Source: Dehalococcoidia bacterium (GTDB taxonomy: Bacteria > Chloroflexota > Dehalococcoidia > Plut-88900). Taken from it: DNA of 64,000 nt. The translations under genes and the position numbers were made by a program. Under the pieces are notes generated by a model, which saw only the letters and a program-made list of their open reading frames with translations, was not told where the DNA came from and did not search any database. The DNA lies in contig CBDFLQ010000007.1 in the NCBI GenBank assembly GCA_965249275.1, positions 1,030,395-1,094,394 on the forward strand, read 5' to 3'. Shown here piece by piece: positions 1-11,033 of this stretch; the first letter of the stretch is position 1, and every line of letters begins with the position of its first letter.

Positions 1-18
1 GAAGGGAGGCAACTACCC

Positions 19-741
19 GTGAGAATGGAAGGTAAGGTGGCCATAGTCACCGGAGGGGCCAGGGGGATCGGAGAGGCGATAGCCAGGCTCTTCGCCAAGG
101 AGGGTGCCTGCGTCACCATCGGAGACATCCTAGTCGACCAGGGCCGGAAGGTAGCCGGGGAGATAGCCAACGCCGGGGGACGGGCCCTCTTTGTCTCACT
201 TGACGTGACCAGGGAAGAGGACTGGCGGGCCGCCATTGAGGCCACGGTCAATGAGTTCGGCAAGCTGAACGTCCTGGTCAACAACGCCGGGATCTACAGC
301 CCCGAAACCGTAGACGAGACAAGCCTTGAGACCTGGGAGCAGTCAATGGCGGTCCATGCCACCGGTCCCTTCATCGGGACGAAGCTGACTATACCGGAGA
401 TGAAGAAGGTCGGCGGCGGGTCGATTGTAAACATGTCCTCCGCCTTCGGCATCGTAGCAACCTACGAGGCCGCTGCATACACGACCTCCAAGGGAGCACT
501 GAGAATTCTGACAAAGGCCACTGCAGCCCAGTACGGCAGGTACAACGTACGCGCAAACTCCATTCACCCTGGCCCTATCGACACCGGGATGCCAGGCACG
601 AGGACGCTCCACGACCTGCCCATGGGCAGAATGGGCAGGCCGGAGGAGATAGCCGAAGGCGCCCTATACCTGGCCTCGGACCAGTCTTCCTTCGTGACCG
701 GGATCGAGCTACCCATCGACGGCGGCAGGATCGTTGTCTGA
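19..741 (+). CDS. Short-chain dehydrogenase/reductase (SDR)
   Basis: TGGARGIG Rossmann motif, NNAG, YTTSK catalytic motif, DGG C-terminus; GGAGG upstream. Confidence 0.95.
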   Translation: MRMEGKVAIVTGGARGIGEAIARLFAKEGACVTIGDILVDQGRKVAGEIANAGGRALFVSLDVTREEDWRAAIEATVNEFGKLNVLVNNAGIYSPETVDETSLETWEQSMAVHATGPFIGTKLTIPEMKKVGGGSIVNMSSAFGIVATYEAAAYTTSKGALRILTKATAAQYGRYNVRANSIHPGPIDTGMPGTRTLHDLPMGRMGRPEEIAEGALYLASDQSSFVTGIELPIDGGRIVV

Positions 742-768
742 GGGCGGGGGAGAGAGGAGGTGTGTTAA

Positions 769-1895
769 GTGCTGATCATTTCTGCCGATTCTCACGCAGA
801 AGAGCCCGAGGAGCTTTACCAGCATCTGCCCCAGGGATACAGGCCCCGGGCTCCGCACATCATCCTCAAGAATGGCCGAAGAACCTATACGTGGAGGGGC
901 AGCAGGACATGCCCCTGGACGCGCCCAACCCCCTGAACCAGGAAGACATGCGCCGCTTCTTTAGAGAGACTACCCAGGCGGGAGAACTTCCTATGAGCGG
1001 TCCCAGCAATCGGGGAGGCGGCATAGACATTCCTCTCCGCCTGGCTGATCTGGAAGAGGACGGGGTCGCCGCCGAGGTGATCTATCCCCAAGGCATTTTC
1101 AAGGCTTTCGCCTCGCCGGACACGGGCTACCAGCGAGCGCTGACCAGACTGTACAACGATTGGTATCACGAGATTTTTGGCGAGCATACCGATAGGTTCG
1201 CGGTCTCGGCCCTTCTGCCCATGGTCGATATATCTACGGCAATGGATGAGGCCAGAAGGGTGGCCAGAATAGGCTTTCGCTCTTTGTCCGTGCCCCTGGC
1301 CATACCGTTGCTCCCCTATAACAACCCTGCCTACGAACCCTTCTGGGCAACGGTGGAGGAGTTGCAGGTCCAGGTTGCATTTCACGTCTTTACCTATGGA
1401 ACGACGGGTAAGGCAGAAATCGAAGACCAGCCGGAAGGGCCCGGGGACAACATGGCCTTCACTGTGACCTTGATGGCCAATGCCATGAGTCCCCTGACTC
1501 TGCTGATAGCCTCGGGGGTGTTGGACCGCCACCCAGGTCTTAGGTTCGTCCTGGTCGAAGGAGGGATTGGTTGGCTTGCCTGGGTATTGCAGTTGATGGA
1601 CGAGATGCAGATCAAGCGCCACATGTGGGCCGACCCCAAGCTGCCCATGAAATCCAGCGAATATTTCAAGCGCCAGGGCTATGCCACCTTCGGCGATGAT
1701 GCCGTGGGCCTGGCAAATCGCTCTGTAACCGGTGTCGATGGGCTGATGTGGGGTAGCGACTACCCCCATGACGAGGGCACTTTCCCTCACTCACGGGAGG
1801 TAATCGAACGAACTTTCACAGACATCCCAGATGACGAGACGCGTAAAATCGTGGGAGGAAACGCCGCTCGGCTCTATAGTTTTTCCACCAGTTAA
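769..1895 (+). pseudogene. Amidohydrolase_2 family protein, frameshifted near 880-890 (or sequencing error)
   Basis: GTG769 (AGGAGG at 755-760) reads MLIISADSHAEEPEELY..., the family N-terminal motif, but the rest (FHVF, VEGGIGW, WGSDYPH) is in the 762 frame. Confidence 0.8.
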
Positions 1896-1942
1896 TGACA
1901 CGTGTTAGTCCCGAGTGGCTGACCTAATATGGGAGGCGAGAA

Positions 1943-2713
1943 ATGGCTTACATACAAGTGAACGGCAAGGGGGCCTTTTACGCCTGCCCACGGGATCTTG
2001 CCAACGGTGAAAAGCGGGGGAAGGTGGTGGTCCTTGTCCACGGCGCCAGGGGCAATCACCTGATATGGATGCCCCAGCTCCGGGCACTGGCCAGAGACCA
2101 TACGCCCATAGCAATCGACCTCCCGGGACACGGCGACTCCGAAGGACCCGGTTCAACCGGCGCCTCCGAATATCGCGAATTCCTTAAAGGCCTGGTGGAT
2201 GCCCTCGATCTGGATTCGTTCGTTCTAGCCGGCCACTCTATGGGCGGGTCAGTAGCCTTGGACTACGCTCTGCACTACTCCAGAGCCGAGGCCCTGATAC
2301 TCGTCGGGGCCGGGGCCAGCTGGTTCATACCCCAAGATTTTGTGGATCTCTACAAGACCGACTTCAACCGAGCCGTCACGGAAGGCATGAAGGTGAACTT
2401 TGCTGGAAGTACGCCCCGGTCCATCCGCGAGCTGCACGAATGGAATAACAAGACCACCCCTTTAGACTCACAGATCGGGGACTTCGAAGCGTGCAACAGC
2501 TTCGACGTGGAAGCGGAACTAGGAAGGATAGATGTCCCCACCTGTGTAATGTGCGGTGATGAGGACGCCTATGCGGAGAAGTCTCGGGTGCTGCTCGACA
2601 AGATACCCGGTGCCCAGGCCCGATGGCTTGAGAACGTTGGGCATTGCCCGTCCATTGAACGGCCAATGGCCACCAACGGGATATTCCTCGAGTTCCTTAA
2701 GTCCCTTGACTAG
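1943..2713 (+). CDS. Alpha/beta fold hydrolase
   Basis: HGA oxyanion motif, DLPGHG, GHSMGG nucleophile elbow, C-terminal GH. Confidence 0.93.
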   Translation: MAYIQVNGKGAFYACPRDLANGEKRGKVVVLVHGARGNHLIWMPQLRALARDHTPIAIDLPGHGDSEGPGSTGASEYREFLKGLVDALDLDSFVLAGHSMGGSVALDYALHYSRAEALILVGAGASWFIPQDFVDLYKTDFNRAVTEGMKVNFAGSTPRSIRELHEWNNKTTPLDSQIGDFEACNSFDVEAELGRIDVPTCVMCGDEDAYAEKSRVLLDKIPGAQARWLENVGHCPSIERPMATNGIFLEFLKSLD

Positions 2714-2929
2714 AGAAAGATCGACATAGGCCAAGCCTGCCTGGGACGCAACCTTACAACAACCCTGCTCAGCGCTGTTTCATCGCTCTCTAAAGATGCC
2801 GCCCAACTGGATAAAATCGAGAGGTTTCGTGTTGAGGTTCGTCCTGGACTTGTAAGCAGGTCATGTCCTGCCACATCGGGCGAAACCCACCAAGAACCGA
2901 CGGGGAAGGCCAACTGGCAGCCGAGGCAG

Positions 2930-2967
2930 TAGCCAGAGGCCCCTGCTAAAGCAGGGGCCTCTGGCTA
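2930..2967. terminator. Perfect inverted repeat between convergent genes, probable bidirectional terminator
   Basis: tagccagaggcccctgct-aa-agcaggggcctctggcta. Confidence 0.7.
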
Positions 2968-2983
2968 GTTGGAGACCACTGGA

Positions 2984-3127
2984 CTATGCGGTTTTACCGA
3001 TCCGGAACATCTTTGTGGAGCAGACTGGGCAGACACCCCGTGTGGCCGGGCGCCCATTCTTCATCGTAATGGCCTGTTGGCTACTCATCTCCCTCTTGGA
3101 CCGGCACTTCACACAATACGCTTCCAT
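2984..3127 (-). CDS. Small zinc-ribbon protein, DUF5679-like (47 aa, absent from ORF track)
   Basis: Manual translation MEAYCVKCRSKREMSSQQAITMKNGRPATRGVCPVCSTKMFRIGKTA*; two CxxC pairs; GGAGG RBS; hairpin downstream. Confidence 0.88.
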   Translation of the reverse strand: MEAYCVKCRSKREMSSQQAITMKNGRPATRGVCPVCSTKMFRIGKTA

Positions 3128-3509
3128 GGGATTCCTCCGAGCTTAAATTAGCAGGGCCTATCCTACAATATGATCATGCGTGAGTTTGCAATTATCCCCC
3201 GCAATCGCACCTCCTTTGGAGAGACGGATGCTGCATGGGTCTCCTCCTGCCAATAACTTTCGAACTACCAATCACCAAGGCCTAAAAAATGAATCCTCGG
3301 ACAACTAGCTCTCCGAAGTGGAATTCAGCTCTGCTGCCCAAGAGTAGTGCAGAGTTTGGTGTTTATTGCGTAACCGGCGTGAACATATCGGCAAACTCTC
3401 GAGTGACCGAGGTCATGGGAAGCCCCCTGGCCTGCTCCGTCACGGTGTTGAAGTCCGTGGCAAATTATTGCATGGCATCCCCTACCGCGTTTCGGTGGCA
3501 GGATGTTAG

Positions 3510-3848
3510 GCCGGAACACCACTGGTCGAAGTCCTCCCGTTCGCCGCGCAAGAAGTTGGCACCGTTGATGGCGCTGGTGTCGCCGGTGACCCTGCGGCGG
3601 GGCACCATCATGGGCAGGACCTCGTCGGTGGTGCGGGCCTCGAAGTTCCATTGGTAGTGGCTTTCGAATACGGTGGGTCTCGTACCGTAGAGCTACTTGA
3701 GCTCGGGGTGGGGGCGGTCGAGGTCCTGGAAGTCAGTTCCTTCCTATATGAGAAAAACGGACCGGTTGGGGTCTTCGGACAGGCGGCTGACCATCACGGC
3801 TCCACCAGAACCCGCGTCGACTATAATTTGATCGTACTTCTTCGCCAA
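3510..3848 (-). pseudogene. GMC oxidoreductase (choline dehydrogenase-like) N-terminal remnant
   Basis: Reads KKYDQIIVDAGSGGAVMVSRLSEDPNRSVFLI*EG...ELK*...VPRRRVTGDTSAINGANFLRGEREDFDQW; two in-frame TAGs; truncated. Confidence 0.85.
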
Positions 3849-3863
3849 GCCTCTGCAAGCCCG

Positions 3864-3897
3864 GCCACGGGAGGCGGGTGTACCTTCCTCCCGTGGC
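3864..3897 (-). terminator. Stem-loop downstream of betaine SBP gene
   Basis: gccacgggagg...cctcccgtggc, 11-bp stem. Confidence 0.55.
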
Positions 3898-3956
3898 AGA
3901 TTATTCCGAGCCTGGGAAAGGGCCGATCCGGCGAGGAAACCGAAGGGGCGCTGTCT

Positions 3957-5033
3957 CTAGGGAATCCAAGCCTTCCAGATTTCCTCGTTGGCGTCGACCC
4001 AAGCCTGGGCGGCGTCTAGTGGAGTCATTCCCCCGTCAGTTACGTTTAAAACCATCTCGTTCTGCTGGTCATTGTCAATAGAGAGGTTTTTGAGGAACTG
4101 GTACGCATCCGGGAACATGCCTTCTAGACCGGGCCAGACCAGTTTCGTCACGGGATCTAAGGGCCAGTGGCAGTTAAATTCTGGGCCGGTGGGGTAACAC
4201 TCCTCGGTCCATGGGGGCAACTGTATATCCGTCAAATCGTATTTCGCGTGAGCCCAATGGGGTGTCCACACCCCGAAGAAAATTGGATCTCCTCGCTGGT
4301 ATGAGGCGTCTATCTCGGCAAAGCTTGCGGCTTCGGAGCCCGAATAGACTACCTCGAAATCGAGCCCGAAGGCCTCCATGCGTTCCTCGTTTCTGGAGTC
4401 CCACGCTGGCAGAAAATCGAGGAATCTGCCCTTATCCCGGGTGTCGGCGGTTCTAAACAGGTCCTTGTACTGGTTTAGCTGCTCATAGCTCTGGAGATCA
4501 GGTGCCATGGGCTCAATGCCCCGAGCCGGGTCGCCTTTTATGACGTAGGTGGGCACATACCATCCCATGCCGATGCCCAGGACTCCGGAGGGCCCCATGC
4601 GCATCACGGTCCCTTTCGTATCAACGTACTCCTCGAGCAAGGCGGCGCTAAATGAGGGCCAGTTACAGCAAACGAAGTGAAAGTCGCCACTTTCCAGCCC
4701 GATAAATAGGGGGGCGGAGTCGGAAGGGGCAAACTTTAGCTCTACCTCGTAGCCCATCTCCTTTTCTAAGAGGATCTGAGCTACGGAAGTCGTCACCAGG
4801 TTCCCATCCCAATCCTGCTCGACTAGGACGATCTTGCCCTTCTCTTCGTCCGATTCAGTTCTTGTTTCTGCAGGCTCTGTTGCATCCGTTGCGGGTGCTT
4901 CTGTTGGAGCAGTTGTGGGTGTTGGGGCTGTAACCTCCTGTTCGTCTCCACCACAGGCCATCCCTACAAGGGAACCCACCAGCAATATGAAGACGACTGT
5001 TAGGCCAATCCACAAAGGTCTTATCTTGCCCAT
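3957..5033 (-). CDS. proX: Glycine/proline betaine-type ABC substrate-binding lipoprotein (ProX/OpuAC family)
   Basis: Lipobox GMAC, Thr/Pro linker, QDWDG, GWYVPTY, WTPHW; operon with ProV/ProW. Confidence 0.88.
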   Translation of the reverse strand: MGKIRPLWIGLTVVFILLVGSLVGMACGGDEQEVTAPTPTTAPTEAPATDATEPAETRTESDEEKGKIVLVEQDWDGNLVTTSVAQILLEKEMGYEVELKFAPSDSAPLFIGLESGDFHFVCCNWPSFSAALLEEYVDTKGTVMRMGPSGVLGIGMGWYVPTYVIKGDPARGIEPMAPDLQSYEQLNQYKDLFRTADTRDKGRFLDFLPAWDSRNEERMEAFGLDFEVVYSGSEAASFAEIDASYQRGDPIFFGVWTPHWAHAKYDLTDIQLPPWTEECYPTGPEFNCHWPLDPVTKLVWPGLEGMFPDAYQFLKNLSIDNDQQNEMVLNVTDGGMTPLDAAQAWVDANEEIWKAWIP

Positions 5034-5174
5034 CCGTTTTACTCCTTTCCGATTTGGAGATAATAAGGAGCCGGGAATTCGCCGTTGCTGATTTCAAGGC
5101 TGTTAGCTTCTCATAGGCATCACCTATTCTCCTGGTCTTCCGGCCCGTTTACCATTCCTTTCCCACAGCTTTTG

Positions 5175-7184
5175 TTACCTTCCAACCGCAAATACTCTTA
5201 CCTGGCCTCGTTTGCCTTGCGACATTCGGTCCAGCACCATCGCCATGAAGACGATTGCCATTCCAGATATGAGCCCATCTCCCATTTCCAGGTGGACATA
5301 ACTGTCATAAACCTCCTGGCCTAACCCCCCCCCACCTACGAGTCCTGCGATGATTACCATCGCCAGAACCATGATGACGGTCTGATTGATGCCCATCCTG
5401 ATGGTGGGCATTGCCAACGGGAGCTGTACCTGTGTCAGGGTTTGGAGCCTGGTCGATCCGTGGGATTGAGCAGTCTCTATAATCTGGGGAGGAACTTGGC
5501 TGATGCCCAAACTGGTCATCCGGACCACGGGTGGCAAGGCATACACGACTGTGGCCAAGACACCAATATGTGGTCCTACACCCCATAGCATGATGACCGG
5601 TATCAGATATACAAATATAGGCATAGTCTGCATGGTGTCCAGGATAGGGCGCAGGATAGCCTCGAAGGTTCTGCTCCGGGACGCCAGAACTCCTATGCAA
5701 ATCCCTGCACTCACCGTGAAGACTCCAGCAGTTAGTACCTGGCTCAGGGTGTCTATGGTTAAATCCCAGACTCCTCCCATTCCAACAAATAGCAGTCCCG
5801 AAACCGTGAGAACTGCCGCACCCCTACCCGCCGTCACGTAAGCCAGAGCAGCCGCTAGGACAATCATGGCAGGCCAGGGAAGCCACAGCAAAAGGGTCTG
5901 AATCGGTGCGTAGCCGAGCTCGCGGAATAGGCTATCTCTGATCCAACTGGTAATGAAATGGAGGTTTACTGCTATCCAGTCCACAGCATAGTTGACGGGC
6001 TCGGCAAAAGAGAATGTCCACCTCTGGGGGAATTCTTTAGCGCCGTCCAGCACTACTGAGATGATTAGCAAGAGAACGATAACGGCGACACCGCCAATCA
6101 GAAGACGGAAGTGAGTAAGCAGGTGACCTAGTTTCTTGGCGCCTGCAACGCCGGGTTTTGTGGAATGGAGGGAGTAGACCTTGGAGGTGTTGGTATTGGG
6201 GGGGGGCGCTTTAATATCTTCCCGGGCCAAGGCGTAGCTGAGTCGATCGAGGACAATGGCCAGCAATACGATGGCCACCCCGCTCTCAAGACCTTTGCCC
6301 GAGTCTATTTGTCTCAGGGCGGTCCATACATCTCGGCCCAAGCCACCCGCGCCAACCAATGCGGTAATTATCACCATCGCCACGGCCATCATTATTGTCT
6401 GATTGACCCCCATCATTATGGACCGTCTGGCAAGGGGTAATTGAACTTGGAATAGGGTCTGTAGGGTCGTCGAGCCGTGACAGAGGGCCGTCTCGATGGT
6501 TTCCCGGGGCACTTGGCGAATTCCGAGGTTGGTAAGCCTGATAGCGGGAGGAATGGAATAGACCACTGTAAGGAAGACACTCTGCGTGCCACTTACTCCA
6601 AAGAGAATCAGGGCAGGTATCAGATAGACAAAGGGTGGAAGAACTTGCATCGTATCAAGAATGGGACGAACTACTGCCTCGAAGCGATTGCTAAAGGCGA
6701 CCAGAATACCCACCGGGATGGCAACGGCCACAGCTATTAGGACAGAGACACCCATGATGCTCAGGGTTATCATGGCCGAATCCCAAAATCCGATGAGGCC
6801 TATGGAGATGAGGCTCGCTCCGCAAAGTATGGCCAACCCTTTGCCCAAAAGCTTGAGCCCAAGCAAAGTTGTTACCCCAAACGCGACGGTCCAAGGGAGC
6901 CAAAGAAGAAAAGTCTCAAGCCAGGCTAGGCCCTTATCGATGACATCGGAAATAGGGTTGAAGAACCATGAGAGGTTGTTCCCTGTCCACTCAAAAAGAG
7001 AGTCTATGGGTTCCTGTACGGGTAATTCCCAAGCTTTGGGAAAGTCTCCGAAATCAGTGCTCACGTAGTTCCTGGATAGCAAGTAGGCCAGGAAGTATAC
7101 GGCAATTGCCACAGTTCCCCACAGAGTTCCCCGGGATATGCCTCCCTGGCGAATCAGGGCTGGGATGGCCTCGACCCGCATCAT
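5175..7184 (-). CDS. proW: Betaine-type ABC permease with two fused ProW domains
   Basis: Two copies of [18 protein letters not shown]...GINQT...GLG. Confidence 0.9.
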   Translation of the reverse strand: MMRVEAIPALIRQGGISRGTLWGTVAIAVYFLAYLLSRNYVSTDFGDFPKAWELPVQEPIDSLFEWTGNNLSWFFNPISDVIDKGLAWLETFLLWLPWTVAFGVTTLLGLKLLGKGLAILCGASLISIGLIGFWDSAMITLSIMGVSVLIAVAVAIPVGILVAFSNRFEAVVRPILDTMQVLPPFVYLIPALILFGVSGTQSVFLTVVYSIPPAIRLTNLGIRQVPRETIETALCHGSTTLQTLFQVQLPLARRSIMMGVNQTIMMAVAMVIITALVGAGGLGRDVWTALRQIDSGKGLESGVAIVLLAIVLDRLSYALAREDIKAPPPNTNTSKVYSLHSTKPGVAGAKKLGHLLTHFRLLIGGVAVIVLLLIISVVLDGAKEFPQRWTFSFAEPVNYAVDWIAVNLHFITSWIRDSLFRELGYAPIQTLLLWLPWPAMIVLAAALAYVTAGRGAAVLTVSGLLFVGMGGVWDLTIDTLSQVLTAGVFTVSAGICIGVLASRSRTFEAILRPILDTMQTMPIFVYLIPVIMLWGVGPHIGVLATVVYALPPVVRMTSLGISQVPPQIIETAQSHGSTRLQTLTQVQLPLAMPTIRMGINQTVIMVLAMVIIAGLVGGGGLGQEVYDSYVHLEMGDGLISGMAIVFMAMVLDRMSQGKRGQVRVFAVGR

Positions 7185-8395
7185 GACGCCACGTTTTCCT
7201 CGTTAACAAGAGCCTTCATCGCCGCCTCTCGGCTGATAATCCCCAGGCACCGTGCATTGTCAACCACAGCAATAGGACTTTCGCTGGTGATGGTCAAGGG
7301 AATCAGTTCCTCCAGCCGGGTCTCAGGAGCTGTGATCGGACATGAATAGCGCATGACGGAGGCAACGCTGGAGTGTTCGGTGGCTGTACCGCTGCGGATA
7401 TCCTCCAACTGCACCGTTCCCCTAAAATGATTTTGGGTGTCGACAACCACGGCACAGTCGCATTCCTGGTTGGTCATTCTGGTTATCAGGTCAACCAATC
7501 CCTCATCGGCTGTGGCATAGACGCGGGCAGGGGCCATGACGGAGCGGGCGGTGAGCACCTTGGACCGGGGAACGTCTCGGGTGAAGTCGCGCACGTAGTC
7601 GTTGGTGGGGGCGGAAACAACTTCTTCCGGGGTGCCGATCTGGACAAATTCTCCATCTTTCATTATGGCTACTCGGTCGCCAACCTTGAGGGCTTCGAGG
7701 AAGTCGTGGGTGATGAAGACCATGGTCTTTTGGACGAACTGCTGGAGCTTTATGAGCTGGTCCTGCATTTCTCGCCGGATAAGTGGGTCGAGGGCGCTGA
7801 AGGGCTCGTCGAAGAGAAGGATCTCGGGGTCTACGGCGAGGGCCCGGGCCAGCCCGACGCGCTGCTGCATGCCGCCGCTCAACTCGTGGGGGTAGCGCTC
7901 CTCCCATCCCATCAGCCCCACCAGCTCTATTACTTCAGCGGCGCGCTTGGTGCGTGTGGCCTTGTCCATGCCCTGAATTTGCAGGCCGTAGACCACGTTC
8001 TCCATGACCCGCTTGTGGGGGAAGTTGCCGAAGTGCTGGAAGACCATGCCCATCTTGTAGCGGCGTATGTCCCGGAGTTGATGCTTGTTCATAGCGAGAA
8101 CATCCTCGCCGTCTATCAGTATCTGCCCGCGGGTGGGTTCGATGAGGCGGCTGAGACAGCGGACCAAGGTGGACTTGCCGCTGCCGGAGAGGCCCATGAT
8201 GACGAAGGTCTCGCCTTCACGAACGTCGAAGGAGACGTCCCTGACAGCGACAACGTTTCCCGTTTGCGCCAGCACCTCCTCACGGGAGAGGGAAGGGTCC
8301 ACGGAGTCTGCGAGTTCTTGGGCCCTATCTCCGAAGATCTTCCACAGGTTACGACAAATGAGCCTGTAACCGACATCGATTTCGGGTTGGTTCAT
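7181..8395 (-). CDS. proV: Betaine-type ABC ATPase with CBS domains
   Basis: [41 protein letters not shown]-terminal CBS pair. Confidence 0.95.
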   Translation of the reverse strand: MNQPEIDVGYRLICRNLWKIFGDRAQELADSVDPSLSREEVLAQTGNVVAVRDVSFDVREGETFVIMGLSGSGKSTLVRCLSRLIEPTRGQILIDGEDVLAMNKHQLRDIRRYKMGMVFQHFGNFPHKRVMENVVYGLQIQGMDKATRTKRAAEVIELVGLMGWEERYPHELSGGMQQRVGLARALAVDPEILLFDEPFSALDPLIRREMQDQLIKLQQFVQKTMVFITHDFLEALKVGDRVAIMKDGEFVQIGTPEEVVSAPTNDYVRDFTRDVPRSKVLTARSVMAPARVYATADEGLVDLITRMTNQECDCAVVVDTQNHFRGTVQLEDIRSGTATEHSSVASVMRYSCPITAPETRLEELIPLTITSESPIAVVDNARCLGIISREAAMKALVNEENVAS

Positions 8396-8519
8396 CAGTT
8401 TGCCGCCTGCTCTAAAGGGGCCTTCCCAGGACGTTCAGCTGAAGATCATGGGGGAGAACGCAGTGAGGCTGTATGGTCTGAATTGAGGGTAACCGCAGTA
8501 AGACTCCCGAGGACTCTGC

Positions 8520-9680
8520 TCAGCTTGACGTCCTGGTCGCGGCCACCTTGAAGGCGGGCATCACCTCTTCTGCAAACCGCTCTATTTGATCGAGGACTAC
8601 GTCGCGGGGGGTGGATAGGAAGGGCAGGATGATGAACTCCCGCAAGCCTGGATACAGGTCCTGGAGCAGCATCAGGGACTCTATGATCTGTTCAGAAGTA
8701 CCGCACAGTAAGGCACCTGCGCTTACCGTATCCTCAACAGTGGGTAGGGTTGCCCACAGCTCCTGGGTGGGATTTTCCAAGTCTTTCATCTGCTCCTCGG
8801 TGAGTCCCCCTAATAAACCCAGGGGCCCGACCACCTTGGTATGCTCCTCGAAATAGAGCCTGGCCTCCTCTGGCGCCTTCTCGCGACTCTCTGATATGTA
8901 GAATGGCTCTATTATGATGAAGTCCTCGCCAAGCTGGGTTTCCCGACCCGCTCGGGCCTGGGCCTCTTGCCACGCCTCAACTACGCTTCTTGCTCCTCCG
9001 GATATGGCTTTGATGCCGTGCTTGATCATTAAGTCGATGCCGCGCTTGCTGGAACTGACAATTGGCTGCCAACACTCCACGGGAAGGTGTTTGGGGCGGG
9101 GCACCAAGGTTACCTCCTCTAACTGGTAACCGCGGTAGGGGACCCGAGGCGGTATGTCGTAGTGTTTACCGTGGTGGGAGAAGGAGCGGTTGTTGAAAGC
9201 CTTAAATAGTATCTCAACCTGCTCCTCGAACAGTTCCCTGTTGGCATCCTTATCCAGCAAAGGCGCGCCGAATGACTCTACTTCTCGGACGTGATACCCC
9301 CGGCCCAGGCCGAAGATAATTCGGCCATCGGTTAAGTGGTCGGCCAAGGCGTAGTCCTCGGCTAGCCGCAGGGGATGCCACTCGGTAGCGACGTTAAAGG
9401 CACAGCCGAATTTGATGTTTTTCGTCAGATGGGACAGGTGGACGGAGTGCATTAGGAGATTTGGCAGGCATTCGAACCCCTCCCGTTGAAAATGATGCTC
9501 AGCCAGCCACAGAGTGTAGAAGCCTAGGCGATCGGCCATTTTGGCGACGGCCTCGGTATTATCTAAGGCCGAGGCCAGTTGTTCGTCGGAGAGAAAACGC
9601 TCGTTGACCGGCATTCCATCGTATCCGATGTTTTCCACATCTGCGTGGCCAGCGTACAATATACTAAATCGTTCAATCAT
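8520..9680 (-). CDS. LLM-class flavin-dependent oxidoreductase (luciferase-like monooxygenase)
   Basis: WLAEHHF, WHPLRLAED, GRIIFGLGRGY, FAEEVMP. Confidence 0.93.
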   Translation of the reverse strand: MIERFSILYAGHADVENIGYDGMPVNERFLSDEQLASALDNTEAVAKMADRLGFYTLWLAEHHFQREGFECLPNLLMHSVHLSHLTKNIKFGCAFNVATEWHPLRLAEDYALADHLTDGRIIFGLGRGYHVREVESFGAPLLDKDANRELFEEQVEILFKAFNNRSFSHHGKHYDIPPRVPYRGYQLEEVTLVPRPKHLPVECWQPIVSSSKRGIDLMIKHGIKAISGGARSVVEAWQEAQARAGRETQLGEDFIIIEPFYISESREKAPEEARLYFEEHTKVVGPLGLLGGLTEEQMKDLENPTQELWATLPTVEDTVSAGALLCGTSEQIIESLMLLQDLYPGLREFIILPFLSTPRDVVLDQIERFAEEVMPAFKVAATRTSS

Positions 9681-9803
9681 CGTCCAACCTCCTCGTTTTC
9701 TGCCTCGGTTGCAAAAGCCCTTTCCCCGATATAGCCGAGCCTAGACTCTACGCGAAGAAAGATAAAAGATAGAGGAGTCAGGGAAGGAAGTCAATCGGCT
9801 ATC

Positions 9804-10118
9804 CAGCCGTTCTGGAGTCACCACGCCGGACGGGATAACGAAAACTGGGAGCACGCGTTCGAGAGCAGCAAGAGAGAGGTACGACAGGCCTTGGCCGATC
9901 GTGACACGAGAGTCATTCTGAATACTCTTTTCGACCGATTGTACGTCCTGCGCTTTCGGCTCAGGCACGGGAGTGCCTCATGGCAAAGTTCAGTGAATCG
10001 TGACCAAGTCCGGGATGGAGCCAGAATACTCTCTTTCCTCGTACCCATCTTCGTTGAGTTGATGATGTCAGAGCCGGACATAGACTGGGGAACGCCTGAT
10101 TACCCGGTTGTCAACTAG
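9804..10118 (+). pseudogene. HEPN-domain protein C-terminal remnant
   Basis: QPFWSHH...LFDRLYVLRFRLRHGSASWQSSVNRDQVRDG...WGTPDYPVV with an Rx4H motif; no N-terminal half or start. Confidence 0.65.
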
Positions 10119-11033
10119 CCGCCCGTAGATATCGCGGACTATCCGAAACTGCACCCATTCGATGGACGCATGGTCGATAAATCAACTTGCTCGGACCAAT
10201 TCCTTAGCATTGGCCTCCCAGCGAAAAGTGCCCAAACAGCACACTCAACCTATGGGGGCTCGAAGTGACCATTGGCGCTAATGTGGTGATAACAGATGTG
10301 GGAACGTATACTGAATACCCACCATATTAGCTTTATATAGTGTTCCTCCCATCTCCGCCGTCAGGGACTCGAACTGAACCGTAGCTACATGGAACAATTC
10401 AGTAGAGCGATGAACTAAACCTCACCGAAAGGGTTCTACCTTCTATACGTTCGGGGTCACCTGCCCGGATTCGAAACGACAAGAACGCCTCGCCATTTAT
10501 GGCAACGTTCCTAGATTGACACAACCCGGCGAAAGGTTCTCTCTGCCGTACCGTTTGGCATGCCGACGGGCACGGAAGTTCAATGGGAAGCGACAGGGTG
10601 CATCTCAGGGACGGAGAGCAAGTTTCCCGCCTAAGCCCCAGTTATCAGTTTGAGCACTTCCAGCCGAGCAGGACGATATTAAGCGATACCGTAACTATGG
10701 AAGCGAATTCGGAAGGTCAAGAAAGTCCAATGAAATGGAACAAGATCATGCCGGAAGTCGCCCAATGGCGACCTCCCGTCAACAAGGATCCTTCGTCAAA
10801 AGGTGATTTGTCGATCACGCGGCGCCACCCCGCGCAAGAGCTGCCCGGAAGGGCCGGCTCTCGTTGTATCCGTCCGCCGGTGGGCATGGCAAGCTTGAAG
10901 GCCGAGTACCGGTGGCGTAAGATTAGCGCGAGTGTTGGCGTTGAATTGTGAGGGTTCTTTAGCCGGGGTGGCCGGCATTCGCTGTTCAATACTAGTCGAT
11001 TCGGTATTTCTTGATAAGGCTAGGAGGCTAATC

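Noticed and set aside
5175-7184. Fused double ProW as a novelty
   Set aside because: Duplicated betaine permeases are already known; recorded as a feature only.
7373-8551. Long antisense ORFs (also 885-1790, 44194-45450, 52884-54116, 57743-58789, 59616-60584)
   Set aside because: Shadows of well-supported genes on the opposite strand in GC-rich DNA.
10354-10480. tRNA-like fragments (gggactcgaac, cccggattcgaa)
   Set aside because: No paired T-stem, acceptor stem or cloverleaf could be built.
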